A DNA stretch of 64,000 nt from a virus: IMG/VR virus record IMGVR_UViG_3300010399_000001, positions 51,047-115,046 of that record; one strand, given 5' to 3'. The notes under the pieces were generated by a model that was given only the letters and a program-made list of their open reading frames with translations, had not been told where the DNA came from and ran no database searches. Below, piece after piece: positions 55,149 to 64,000 of the stretch (positions are counted from its first letter, which is position 1; every line of letters starts with the position of its first letter). The translations under genes and the position numbers were made by a program.

Positions 55149-55811
55149 ATGGGAGAGATCCGAGCGCGGGTGCGCCGCGCCGGTAGCAAGCGCGTGAGCA
55201 GGGTCGAAGAAGACCGCCTCTACCTGCTCGGAGAGGTGGATCGACTCGCTCGCGCCATGGCTGGCGTAGAGGCCGATGCGAACCATCAGGTAGAGACCCA
55301 GCTGGCGTTCCTGCGGGGACGGATCAAGACGCTGGAGGCCGAGAAGAGGGAGCTTTCGTCGCAGGCCGAGATCTACCGAGAGCAGCGCGACGCATCGGTC
55401 GCCAGCTATGAGAGCCTGTCGGCTTCGATCTCTCATCTGGTAAACGCCTCAGAGGACTTCACGGTCGCAGATCGCATGCGGCTGCAAGCTGCGATGGCCC
55501 ATAGGGTCAAGCAGATCGAGGAGGCGTGCGCCATCCGCGAGCAGGAGTGCGAGATCACCGAGCGCTACGCCGAGGAGCGCATCAACTCCGTCGAGGAGCA
55601 GGCGCAGCGCGAGAAGGACATCCGGCGCAGGGTGCATGAGCGCTTCAAGCGCGTGCGGCGCGATGCGGTGGCGGCCTCTTACGAGATCAACCGGCTGCGG
55701 CGAGAGCTTGAGGCCGAGAAGGATCTGGGACGCCAGGCGCGCAAGTTCGCCGCTCTGGCATACCGGGTTCTTGAGTGCGAGGAGAGCGAGGTCGAGCCGA
55801 CGTGGCCATAG
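55149..55811 (+). CDS. Coiled-coil protein
   Basis: E/R/A-rich heptads. Confidence 0.65.
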   Translation: MGEIRARVRRAGSKRVSRVEEDRLYLLGEVDRLARAMAGVEADANHQVETQLAFLRGRIKTLEAEKRELSSQAEIYREQRDASVASYESLSASISHLVNASEDFTVADRMRLQAAMAHRVKQIEEACAIREQECEITERYAEERINSVEEQAQREKDIRRRVHERFKRVRRDAVAASYEINRLRRELEAEKDLGRQARKFAALAYRVLECEESEVEPTWP

Positions 55812-56155
55812 AGACCTGTCCGCACTGCGGCTCGCCACGGGCATCGCGCAAGGTCTCGTGCCCAGATGGGCGAGAGGGTTGCGCGGTTCTGCATAAGAGA
55901 TTCTACTGCCCCAACTGCGAGGAGAAGAAGATGAAGATGGAAATCGGCGGCCCCGGTGGATCTGTGGTCGTCGATAACGGCAAGGTTTACATCGATGGTG
56001 AACGGTGCTATCCGCATGACCTGATCGAGGAACTGGATGAAGCCTGGCATGAGATGGTGCTCTACTACGAGCCGCATGCCGTGGGCGATATCCACCGCCT
56101 AGGCGAGATCTCCAGGCGGGTGCGGACCATCCGAAGCATCCTGGGTCTGGCGTGA
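55802..56155 (+). CDS. Zinc-binding hypothetical protein
   Basis: CPHC, CPDGREGCAVLH, CPNC. Confidence 0.6.
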   Translation: MAIETCPHCGSPRASRKVSCPDGREGCAVLHKRFYCPNCEEKKMKMEIGGPGGSVVVDNGKVYIDGERCYPHDLIEELDEAWHEMVLYYEPHAVGDIHRLGEISRRVRTIRSILGLA

Positions 56156-56835
56156 GGCTGCTAGATCTGTACTGCGGCGCTGGCGGGGCGTCGGTTGGAT
56201 ACCACCGGGCGGGGTTCGATGTAACGGGAGTCGACATCGAACCCCAGCCTGATTACCCATTCGAGTTCATCCGGTGCGATGCGATCGAGGCGATCACGGA
56301 TATCGCCGATTCGTTCGATGCGGTGCACGCATCCCCACCGTGCCAGGATGTCATCGCGATCACCGCTGGCAACCGTGGTCGGCCCGGATGGAGTGATAAC
56401 CATCGCAACATGGTTCCCATCACCCGCGCGCATCTAGCAGAGCTGCGGATGCGCAAGGGCATACCGACTCTGATCGAGTGCGGCGTGGGTAAGCATCTGC
56501 GCAAGGACTTGCAGCTGTGCGGTGAGATGTTCGGTCTATCGGTCATACGGCACCGCACCTTTGAGATCGAGGGAATCGACATACCTCAACCTCGGCACAT
56601 CAAGCACCGTGGCAGGGTCTCAGGCTGGCGGCACGGCGAGTTCTTCGAGGGACCATATGTCGCGGTATACGGTGAGGGTGGTGGCAAGGGATCGGTACCG
56701 CAGTGGCAGGACGCGATGGACATCCACTGGACCCGCAGTCGCAGATCGATTGCCGAGGCGATCCCTCCGGCGTATACCGAGTACATCGCAACGATGATGA
56801 TGACGACGATGAGAGGCCGCAATGATCAGTCATAG
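56152..56835 (+). CDS. Short C5-cytosine DNA methyltransferase-like protein
   Basis: LDLYCGAGG (motif I), HASPPCQ (motif IV), RHR.FE, EAIPPAYT. Confidence 0.85.
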   Translation: MRLLDLYCGAGGASVGYHRAGFDVTGVDIEPQPDYPFEFIRCDAIEAITDIADSFDAVHASPPCQDVIAITAGNRGRPGWSDNHRNMVPITRAHLAELRMRKGIPTLIECGVGKHLRKDLQLCGEMFGLSVIRHRTFEIEGIDIPQPRHIKHRGRVSGWRHGEFFEGPYVAVYGEGGGKGSVPQWQDAMDIHWTRSRRSIAEAIPPAYTEYIATMMMTTMRGRNDQS

Positions 56836-57775
56836 CGAGATAGCCGCGATGATCCAGGACATCCCGAGCGTCGAGGGATGGTCTGATGAGCGGATGGAGC
56901 TGGCGTACTGTGAGCTTGCCGAGCGCATGATCGAGTTCGGCGTACCAGCGCAGCATGCGGCGGACATACTCACCGAGGCGTTCGCCTATGCGATGGCGGA
57001 GTTGGCCGCCGAGCTGCGGGGAGAGTAGCGATGCCCGGCATCAACGTCCCGCTGGATGACGGCACGCCCTTTGGTATCGGGGCCTGTCGCAAGTGCTCGA
57101 TGATCTGGAAGCTGACCGCAGAGGGAAAGCTGGAAGACCACCAGTATCGCGGCCTGCTGGTCGGTACCCGTTGCCAGGGGAGCGGCGAGGAGCCCTGGGA
57201 CTATAGGGGGTAGATGTGGACGCTCAGATGAAGCTGGCCAAAGTCATCCTCAAGAGGGTGCGAGAGACCGATCCGTTGTCGTGGATCGCCAGCGGCGATA
57301 TCGACCACATGCGCGAGTGCCAAGATGCATGGGTCGACAATCCGCAGTACATGGAGAACGTGTGCGACTTCGATACCTGCTGGTGGACCGTGCTGGAGGC
57401 GATCATCACCTGCCCGCACGGCAAGAGGCTGGAGTTCGTCTACGAGAGCCTCGATACCGTGGATGACCTGTTCACAGAGATGGACCAGATGTGACCGAAG
57501 CAGATGAGAAGGTTCAGCGGCTGCTGGTGAAGCTGTTCCGCGATGGTCGCGGCGAGACTCAAGGGGTGCGCGGAACGATCAAGCATCTGCGCGAGTGCGC
57601 TACCACGCAAGCCGAAGATGTGGACGGTGGAGATAGCTTCTATGGCTGCGATACCGGATGCGAGTACGTGCGCCTGAAGGCGAGCATCCGGTGCAAGTGC
57701 GGTCGAGTCGCCTACTACGAGTATAACGAGTTCGGCGACATGGAGGGGCTGTTCTACGATATGGATCACGCATGA
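56822..57775 (+). other. Four small hypothetical ORFs (56822-57028, 57031-57213, 57216-57494, 57491-57775)
   Basis: Coupled ORFs; the last two share a C..C.Y/W..L.A.I.C..G....Y pattern. Confidence 0.55.
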
Positions 57776-57946
57776 CTCGCGACCGGATGATGGGGCGCTA
57801 CTTCTCGCAGTGCCCCGGATGCCGCTCTCATCGCTCCAGCGGGCCCGATTGCGCGGGGGGCGGCCAGCTATCGCGAGGCCGCATCAGAGCGCGGGAGAAG
57901 CGCTCCTGGCGCGCTCTAGAGGGCATCTAGAGCAGCGCGCTTAGCG

Positions 57947-58019
57947 CTGGCCCGGCAGGGATCGAACCTGCGACGTTCCGGTTAACAGCCGGATGCTCTG
58001 CCATCTGAGCTACGAGCCA
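57947..58019 (-). tRNA. tRNA-Asn(GTT)
   Basis: Canonical cloverleaf UGGCUCG...UCCGG-CUGUUAA-CCGGA...GCAGG-UUCGAUC-CCUGC-CGGGCCA-G; CCA not encoded. Confidence 0.95.
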
Positions 58020-58129
58020 TTGGACTGCGGGCGAGCCTGGTACCAGACTGAACTTTCCTTGCGCCGATGGATCGCGTAGCCCTCGGCGTCGAGGGGTGTT
58101 GTATCCGCTTGGACCCGCAGATTGCTAGC

Positions 58130-61100
58130 TTACTCGTCCCTGCCGTAGGCCTGGTCGCGCGCCCTGCGCAGGGCCTTGATCAGATCGTTGATCTCGCTGC
58201 GGCTGAGCACCATGGAGAAGGTCTCCTTCTTCTCGCCCAGCAGATCGACGTGGCGTACCGCGTCGCGCTCGGCAATGGCCTTCTCCAGGCGAGCGCAGTA
58301 CTCGTCCCAGGTGGCGTCGTTGTACTCGACAAGGGAGACCTGCACGTTGCCGGTGCGATCATGCCCGGCGGCGGCCCAGCGAACGGAGATCTGCGGCCAG
58401 GTGTCCGTCATGACGACGCACTCGGGTGGGCATCCGCCAGGATGGCAGTTGCGGTGCACCTGCTGCACGTCGGGAAAGCCGATCATTTCCTTCGGCATCA
58501 CGCCTCTTTTCCATCACGGAAGGGTCTTGCCCATCACGGGCAAGACCACCATACCGCTAGGAGAGCAGGCCGAGAAGGGCCTGGTTGCATACCGAGCAGA
58601 CCCTGGCCTTGAAGTGGATCGAGACGGCGTTTCCGTCGAAAGACTTGCGCCAGGTCACCGAGGGCTGCTCGTCGATGATCACCAGATGCCGCTGGAGGAT
58701 GGGCATGGCGATGTCCCGATCCTCGCCATGAAAGGTGATGTAGCCGGGGTGCAGGGAAGACTCACCCATCTTCTCGATCAGGGCCATATGCTCATCGGAG
58801 ATGGGTTTGACGCTGTAGTCGATGTTCGGGAAGTCCATGCAGCCACCCTGGCAGCAGTGGCCGGTGCGCACTCCGGCCGCCACCAGCTCCTCCACCAGAT
58901 CGACCATGCCCTCGTCGATCTTCTCCAGGCGGCCGTCGATCTCGATCAGGCGGTACGGGTGATGGTTGGGCGCGTAATCCCGATACAGCCCGCACTCGCA
59001 CGAGTCGGTCGATGGGTACGGCGCGCTGTTGGGGTGGTCGAACCTGAAAGCGTGCTGGTGCATCTACGGCCTCTCCAAGGCGAATAGCTCGTACGAATAC
59101 CACAGGTTGCTGCGGTTGTCCTGGCCCCACTGGTCAGCGAGTTCGCGGCTATCGAACGGGCCGACCACCCTCATGGCCTGGTCGTCGATCTCCTGCATCA
59201 CATAGAAGATCATCACGCACCATTGCAGGCGCGGGTCCGGCGCAGGCCCATAGCCATGCGGAACGCTCCACTGCATCAGATGATCCTCACCTCGTCGCTG
59301 GGTGCGTAGATCTGCTCGATACCCTCCAGCGGTTCGATCAGGTCGATGCGCACCACCTGGCGACCGCCCCAGATCCTCTCTGCCGCCCCGTATCCCTCAT
59401 AGGTGCGCCCGTTGTCCACGTGGCTCAACTTGCGGCCCTGATACCTGCGCATGGAGTTCAGGTCCATCACCATTGCTGCTCAGATGGGTAACTTGTAGTA
59501 GCCATCCTGGCCTTCCATGATCTTGTCTATGCTGTCGATGTGGTCCTCGCACAACAGGAAGACCGCTGTGATGTCAACCACCAGGGGATGCGTACCGGCG
59601 TTCGGGCATGGCTCGCTCCAGCCCTGATGGAGGGTATTGGTCAGATCTCGACCGGCCGCACAGGGTCTCATCTCGTCCATACGAGTATTGTAGCATGTTT
59701 CATATCAAGCTATCAACATCCCGCTGTGCGCTAGAGTTTTGGTACCGGCAAGACGCGCACGCCGAGCCGCATCGCCCGCACACGATGGCAGGCCAAGGCC
59801 CCTCGGGCCCGCGCGCCGCGCCCCTGACACCACCTCCGCAGGGGCGCGGCTATAAATCTACGACGGCGGACATTTACCCCAGATCTCGTACATGACCTGA
59901 TCGCCCAGGGTGCAGCACAGCTTGCCCGCATCCGCCATCCACTGATTGCGACCCTGCGGGGTGGCACCGTCCGGCATCAGAGCGATCATCTTCTGCATCA
60001 CCGTGAGGGTCGCGGCAATACCGTTCGCGCCGTAGACCGGACACGGTGCCCAGTGACGCCAGCACCACTGATCGTGCGTCCAGCCTTCCGGGGTGTCGTC
60101 AAGAAACTGATCGAACCACTTGGAGGGGTCTTGCCGCATGGCGCACCCGGCCTAGATCGAGGAGTTGAAGCCGATCGAGGCCTTCTGCTTACGCTCCTGC
60201 GAGTTCCCCCGCACCAGCGTTGCCAGGCTGCCCGGCTCGACCCTGTTCACCCGGCTTACGATCTGACCCTTTTCGTCCAGTTCCATCACCCTTCTCCTCT
60301 CGCTTGTCATGATTCCCGCTCAGCGTCTTGTTCGCCGCGCGGAAGCTGTCGTCGATACCCGTGGCATCGCTCCACTCGAACATGAACGGCTCGGTGCCGT
60401 CCCCGATCAGCTCCCAGCCGATCGCCTTGTCATCCTTGAACACCAGCACCATCGCGTACCCTCGCGGGTGCAGGACGGCGGTATTGACGAGCCATAGCAG
60501 GCCGCTGGTCGACAAGTCTTCGAAGTTCCTCATCGCTTACCTCTACCAGTCGCCGATGGTCGGTGTGCTGCGCGATCAATCTATCCGCCTGCTCCAGCGC
60601 GGTGATCATGTCGTCGCCCTTGTGGAATATGCGGGCCTTGAACCACGGGTGCATGTCGCAGGCCAGGTGGATGTGTCCGGGGCGCTTCTGGCGGGTGATA
60701 CCCGGCTCGATCCTGCGCCACGGTGCGTCGATTGTGGTGGTCCACATCCGCACGATGTGCTCGATCACAGCGCCACCTGACCTTGAGGACTCTCCCGATG
60801 GGCATTCTGCACCAGGGTCATGATGCTCATCGCGATCTTGGTGCTCTTACCGGGGAAGTTGAACACAAAGGTGCAATCGGTGCACCGCAGGTGAGGCTGG
60901 CCGCCGATCACCAGCTCCATGTCGTGATCACTCACATCGGCTCCGGGTCTTCAGGCTCCGGCTCCACCCCTGCGCAGTCGGCATGTACCACTACGGTGCC
61001 GCCATTAGCCCAGAGGCGACCTTCCCGGCGGTCCTCGGGGTGGAAACCCACCAGGACCATGGTGATCGGGGTGCCTTCAAAGCCCTGGTCGCATACCGGA

Positions 61101-61955
61101 CACGTCCAACCGTCACGGATCAGCCAGTGATCGGGCTGCGGAGGGGGTTTCCACCCGAAGGTGGTGATGGGAGAGTCAGTCTTCGCCCTGATGGGAACCA
61201 TCGGCATTCTCCTTGATCCACTTGAGCTTGGCCAGACCGCCGTCGTCGATGATCTGCTTGAGGATTTGGGCGACATGCTGCGCTTTGCGCTCGCTGCACT
61301 CGCAGTCGCAACCCTCGATCGCATAGGGAGAGTCGCAGCAGTTGCACTCCTCGTCGCAGGGGACCGAGTACTGCTTGCATGAGCACTGCCCGACCCTAGG
61401 CAAGATTCATCCCGAGGGGAGGGTGCTGGATGGGGTTACCGGCCTTGGCGTCGCGCACGGCGCGGATCGCGAACTGCTCGGCAACCTCATCACTGAGCGG
61501 CGCGGGGCGATCGGGATGATGACCCTTGCCGTAGAACAGGTCCAGATCGCCCTGATGGGCGCGCTTGAAGTACTCGGCCCACAGCCGGGTCTGGGCGATG
61601 TCTCGAAGATCATCGAAGCTACCGGTCATGACTCCTGCCTGATCTTGTCGGCGACCATGCGCAGCAGGTAGATGAGCTGATGGTCGTTATAGCACTGCGG
61701 ATCGCGCTCGATATTGGATGCCATGTACTCCAGGATCTCCGGGTTGCTGCGTCGGCGGATGTGCAGGGTCGTGGCGTGACCCTCACCGGCGATGATGGTG
61801 CTCTCGCGTAGGGCATCGGTGCGATCGAACGCATCGGACCACGCGGTAGGCATGGGCTCGGTCGGCATCCGATCATCGGGGGTGTAGGCCATCGGCTCAC
61901 CCATCGCCTGATGGAGGCGCTCGCAGATCGGGCACCAGATCACCTCGTCGCTCAT
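58130..61955 (-). other. Run of small minus-strand hypothetical ORFs (58130-58501, 58557-59063, 59064-59276, 59276-59473, 59480-59680, 59858-60139, 60189-60533, 60430-60768, ~60932-61200, 61176-61403, 61396-61629, 61626-61955)
   Basis: Tightly coupled short ORFs, many Cys-rich; typical early accessory region. Confidence 0.55.
59683..59696 (-). promoter_or_regulatory. Extended -10 promoter; leaderless transcript of ORF 59480-59680
   Basis: TGCTACAAT then 6 nt to ATG 59680. Confidence 0.65.
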
Positions 61956-62509
61956 TGCCTCTCCGCCAGCGTCGTCAGCAGCTTCTCCATGGCCATGCGC
62001 TTGTTCTCCATCTGCGACCCGCCGCCCTCGCCGATGGCCACAAGACCGGTCGGCAGATGGGTGATGCGCACCACGTTCTGCGTGGGCCGAGTGATGTTGC
62101 CCGCGACCCCGGCGGTGCGGAAGATCTCGATGCGCAGTTGATCCGGGGGTAGTTCGATGTCGTGGATGCTCGGCTCGCTGCGCGACGGGGCGCGCACCTG
62201 GATCTTGATGTCACCGACCCACTCACCCTGCGGGTCTACATCTATCCACGGACCCCAGTGCGGGGTGAAACCCGGAGTGCCATCGTCCACGTCATCCCAG
62301 ACGCGCACCTGGAAGCCTGATCGCTCGATCAGGGCCCGCAGGTCATCGGGCGAGATAGAGCGGCGCAGGTCACCGATGTAACCGGAGCGCAGGTCGCTGT
62401 AGGTGCCGTACAGGATCACCGATTCAAGGGTGCAGCCCTCAACGGCGTCGGCCACCAGATCATCCATGGCCGAGGACAGGGCGGCGAACGCCCGTTGGGC
62501 CGGGGTCAT
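61952..62509 (-). CDS. Protein with a C-terminal class I release factor (RF-1) domain lacking GGQ
   Basis: LRIEIFRTAGVAGNITRPTQNVVRITHLPTGLV......SQMENKRMAMEKL matches the RF domain 3 pattern; GGQ replaced by AGN. Confidence 0.8.
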   Translation of the reverse strand: MTPAQRAFAALSSAMDDLVADAVEGCTLESVILYGTYSDLRSGYIGDLRRSISPDDLRALIERSGFQVRVWDDVDDGTPGFTPHWGPWIDVDPQGEWVGDIKIQVRAPSRSEPSIHDIELPPDQLRIEIFRTAGVAGNITRPTQNVVRITHLPTGLVAIGEGGGSQMENKRMAMEKLLTTLAERQ

Positions 62510-63510
62510 CGGTACTCCTCTCGCAGTAGATGGGGAGCCTCGGCGCGGACCCTTGCCATCACACCCTGATAGCAGTCATCACAGACGGTCAAGATCTCCT
62601 CGCCTGCAAGATTCTCAGCCGGGATGCTGTCCAGCAGTTCATCCCAGCACTCCTGATCCGGCCGGGTCTTGGGGTAGACCGCATGGCAGTTGGCGCACTC
62701 AAAGGTCCCGCTCATAACTGACTCCAATGGCCGATCGCGCGTACGACCTTGAGGGATCGCTCCCCTACCGTGCGCACCTGGGCCCACTGCCTGCCATGGC
62801 GCACCCAGAATAGAGCGTCGCCATCAGGCTCGGTGAGCACCGCGAACCACTTGACCGGATCTTTGGGGGGCAGGAACCCAACCCCCTCGAACAGTTCGAT
62901 CATCACTCCGTTCACCTCCAGGCTCATAGCTCATCCCGCATCCTGTAGTACATCCTGCGCGCGACCTCGCGGGCCTTATCCAGGCTGCTACAGGGCCCGG
63001 AGCGCACCTCGATCTGGAGATGGTCATCGACCCAGATCACGTCAGGGTGCTTGGTATCGTGATCGCACCAGATGATCGATTCGCGCACCTGCATCGGCAT
63101 ATAGCCGCCCACGCGCAGTTCCAGCGCCGCAAGGTGCTGCTGCACCTGCTCCAGCCCCTCGCACAGCCGAGAGATAAGGGCGGCGGCATCGCGCAGCAGG
63201 CCGGTCTGGACGGTCAGAAAGGTGGTCAGCCGCACCACGTCGGCTTGCAGGATCTCGATCTGCGTCGACTGCTCACCCATCAGGCGATCTGGCCATAGCG
63301 GGAGATGTCCTCGAACTCGATCGAGTAGTACAGCACCGCCAGATCATCCGCGCACCGGCCGACCTTATCGGCAGCGCACTGGACGGCCAGGTCGAACAGC
63401 TGAGACTGGCTGGAGATCTTCTCCTCATCCGATCCGATGACCCCGGCGTAGGTGCTCCTCTTGAAGCCCCCCGCGATGCGATACTCCACGGTCACGATCA
63501 CATGCCACAT
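62506..63510 (-). other. Small hypothetical ORFs (about 62506-62715 with C..C..C..C, 62712-62927, 62924-63280, 63280-63510)
   Basis: ATGA couplings; RBS before 63510. Confidence 0.55.
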
Positions 63511-64000
63511 GGTCTTGCCCCTCTCTCTGCATTGAGCTTGTAGCTTTATATCATGAGCTTGCCATCAATCGCTACAGCTCATGAGCTTGCTCTCTTCCGC
63601 GCGAGCGCTCTAGACCCGGGGAACTGCGGTACCTATAACGGGCAATGATCCCGCAGCATAGGCCGTAAAACAGGACCTGAGAGGGTCCGACAGTCCGAAA
63701 TAACGGGTCAGGCGATGGCTATAGGGTCGAGGTATGTAGCTTAATCTATAGAGTCCGTTAGAAGGCTCCAGGTCAGGAGATTTTGGGGCTGAGAGGAGTG
63801 CCGAGATTACCGGGCTGAGACTGTGGTTGGAGTAATGTAGCATGGCGAATAGAGATGAAGGAGAGTTGAGTAGAGGGAGGACCCCGTAGGGGCTCAAGGG
63901 GGTACCTCCCACAACGCCATGGGGTGATATGCAGCGGGTGATCATCAGCGCTCGTCTCACGGTCGTGATAACGGCCTATCACCGAGCGGATATGCAGGGC

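Larger units (their letters stand above)
1..64000. mobile_element. Tailed actinobacteriophage / prophage genome segment (siphovirus-like)
   Basis: Terminase, portal, protease, capsid, tail tube, long tape measure and endolysin in canonical order; many small phage-type ORFs; high GC; no host housekeeping genes seen. Confidence 0.95.

Noticed and set aside
45829-58019. tRNA genes as prophage attachment sites
   Set aside because: No integrase, no duplicated tRNA 3' end and no switch to host genes at these positions.
63610-63982. ORFs 63610-63960 and 63773-63982
   Set aside because: Atypical codon usage and overlap with promoter-like motifs; probably non-coding.
1-64000. Apparent abundance of GATC/CGATCG as a modification-target signal
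   Set aside because: This is only an impression and may simply reflect ATC/GAT codon usage; a Markov-normalised k-mer count is needed and could not be run.

Overview
GC-rich, gene-dense segment of a tailed (siphovirus-like) actinobacteriophage or prophage, host probably Streptomyces-like. No integrase, DNA polymerase or primase/helicase is recognisable, so the window is probably a partial genome. From left to right: (1) A minus-strand RNA-repair/RNP locus. A sigma70-type promoter (4790-4818) drives a tandem array of seven Y-RNA-like ncRNAs (3835-4784), followed by a Ro60/TROVE (Rsr) gene, a T4-type polynucleotide kinase-phosphatase and a HAD protein. The seven RNAs share one putative Ro-binding scaffold but carry different tRNA parts: four circularly permuted T/acceptor/D elbows, one D-anticodon-T module in normal order, and two bare anticodon stem-loops (Tyr-GUA-like and Val-CAC-like). 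This is the most striking system in the window. (2) A ParB/DGQHR protein, a hairpin-rich intergenic element and RNase H. (3) A complete parB-dpdA-queC-queD-queE-folE 7-deazaguanine DNA-modification operon. (4) Small plus-strand accessory ORFs. (5) The minus-strand virion/lysis operon (about 54983 to 17274): tailspike, terminases, portal-MuF-ParB fusion, protease/scaffold, capsid, tail tube, chaperone with a candidate +1 frameshift, tape measure, four paralogous fibre proteins and endolysin. (6) A Tad2-like anti-defence gene, a C5 methyltransferase, tRNA-Asn, an atypical tRNA-fMet, three defective tRNA-like RNAs, and a GGQ-less release-factor domain among many small ORFs. All calls come from motif recognition by eye; no searches were run.
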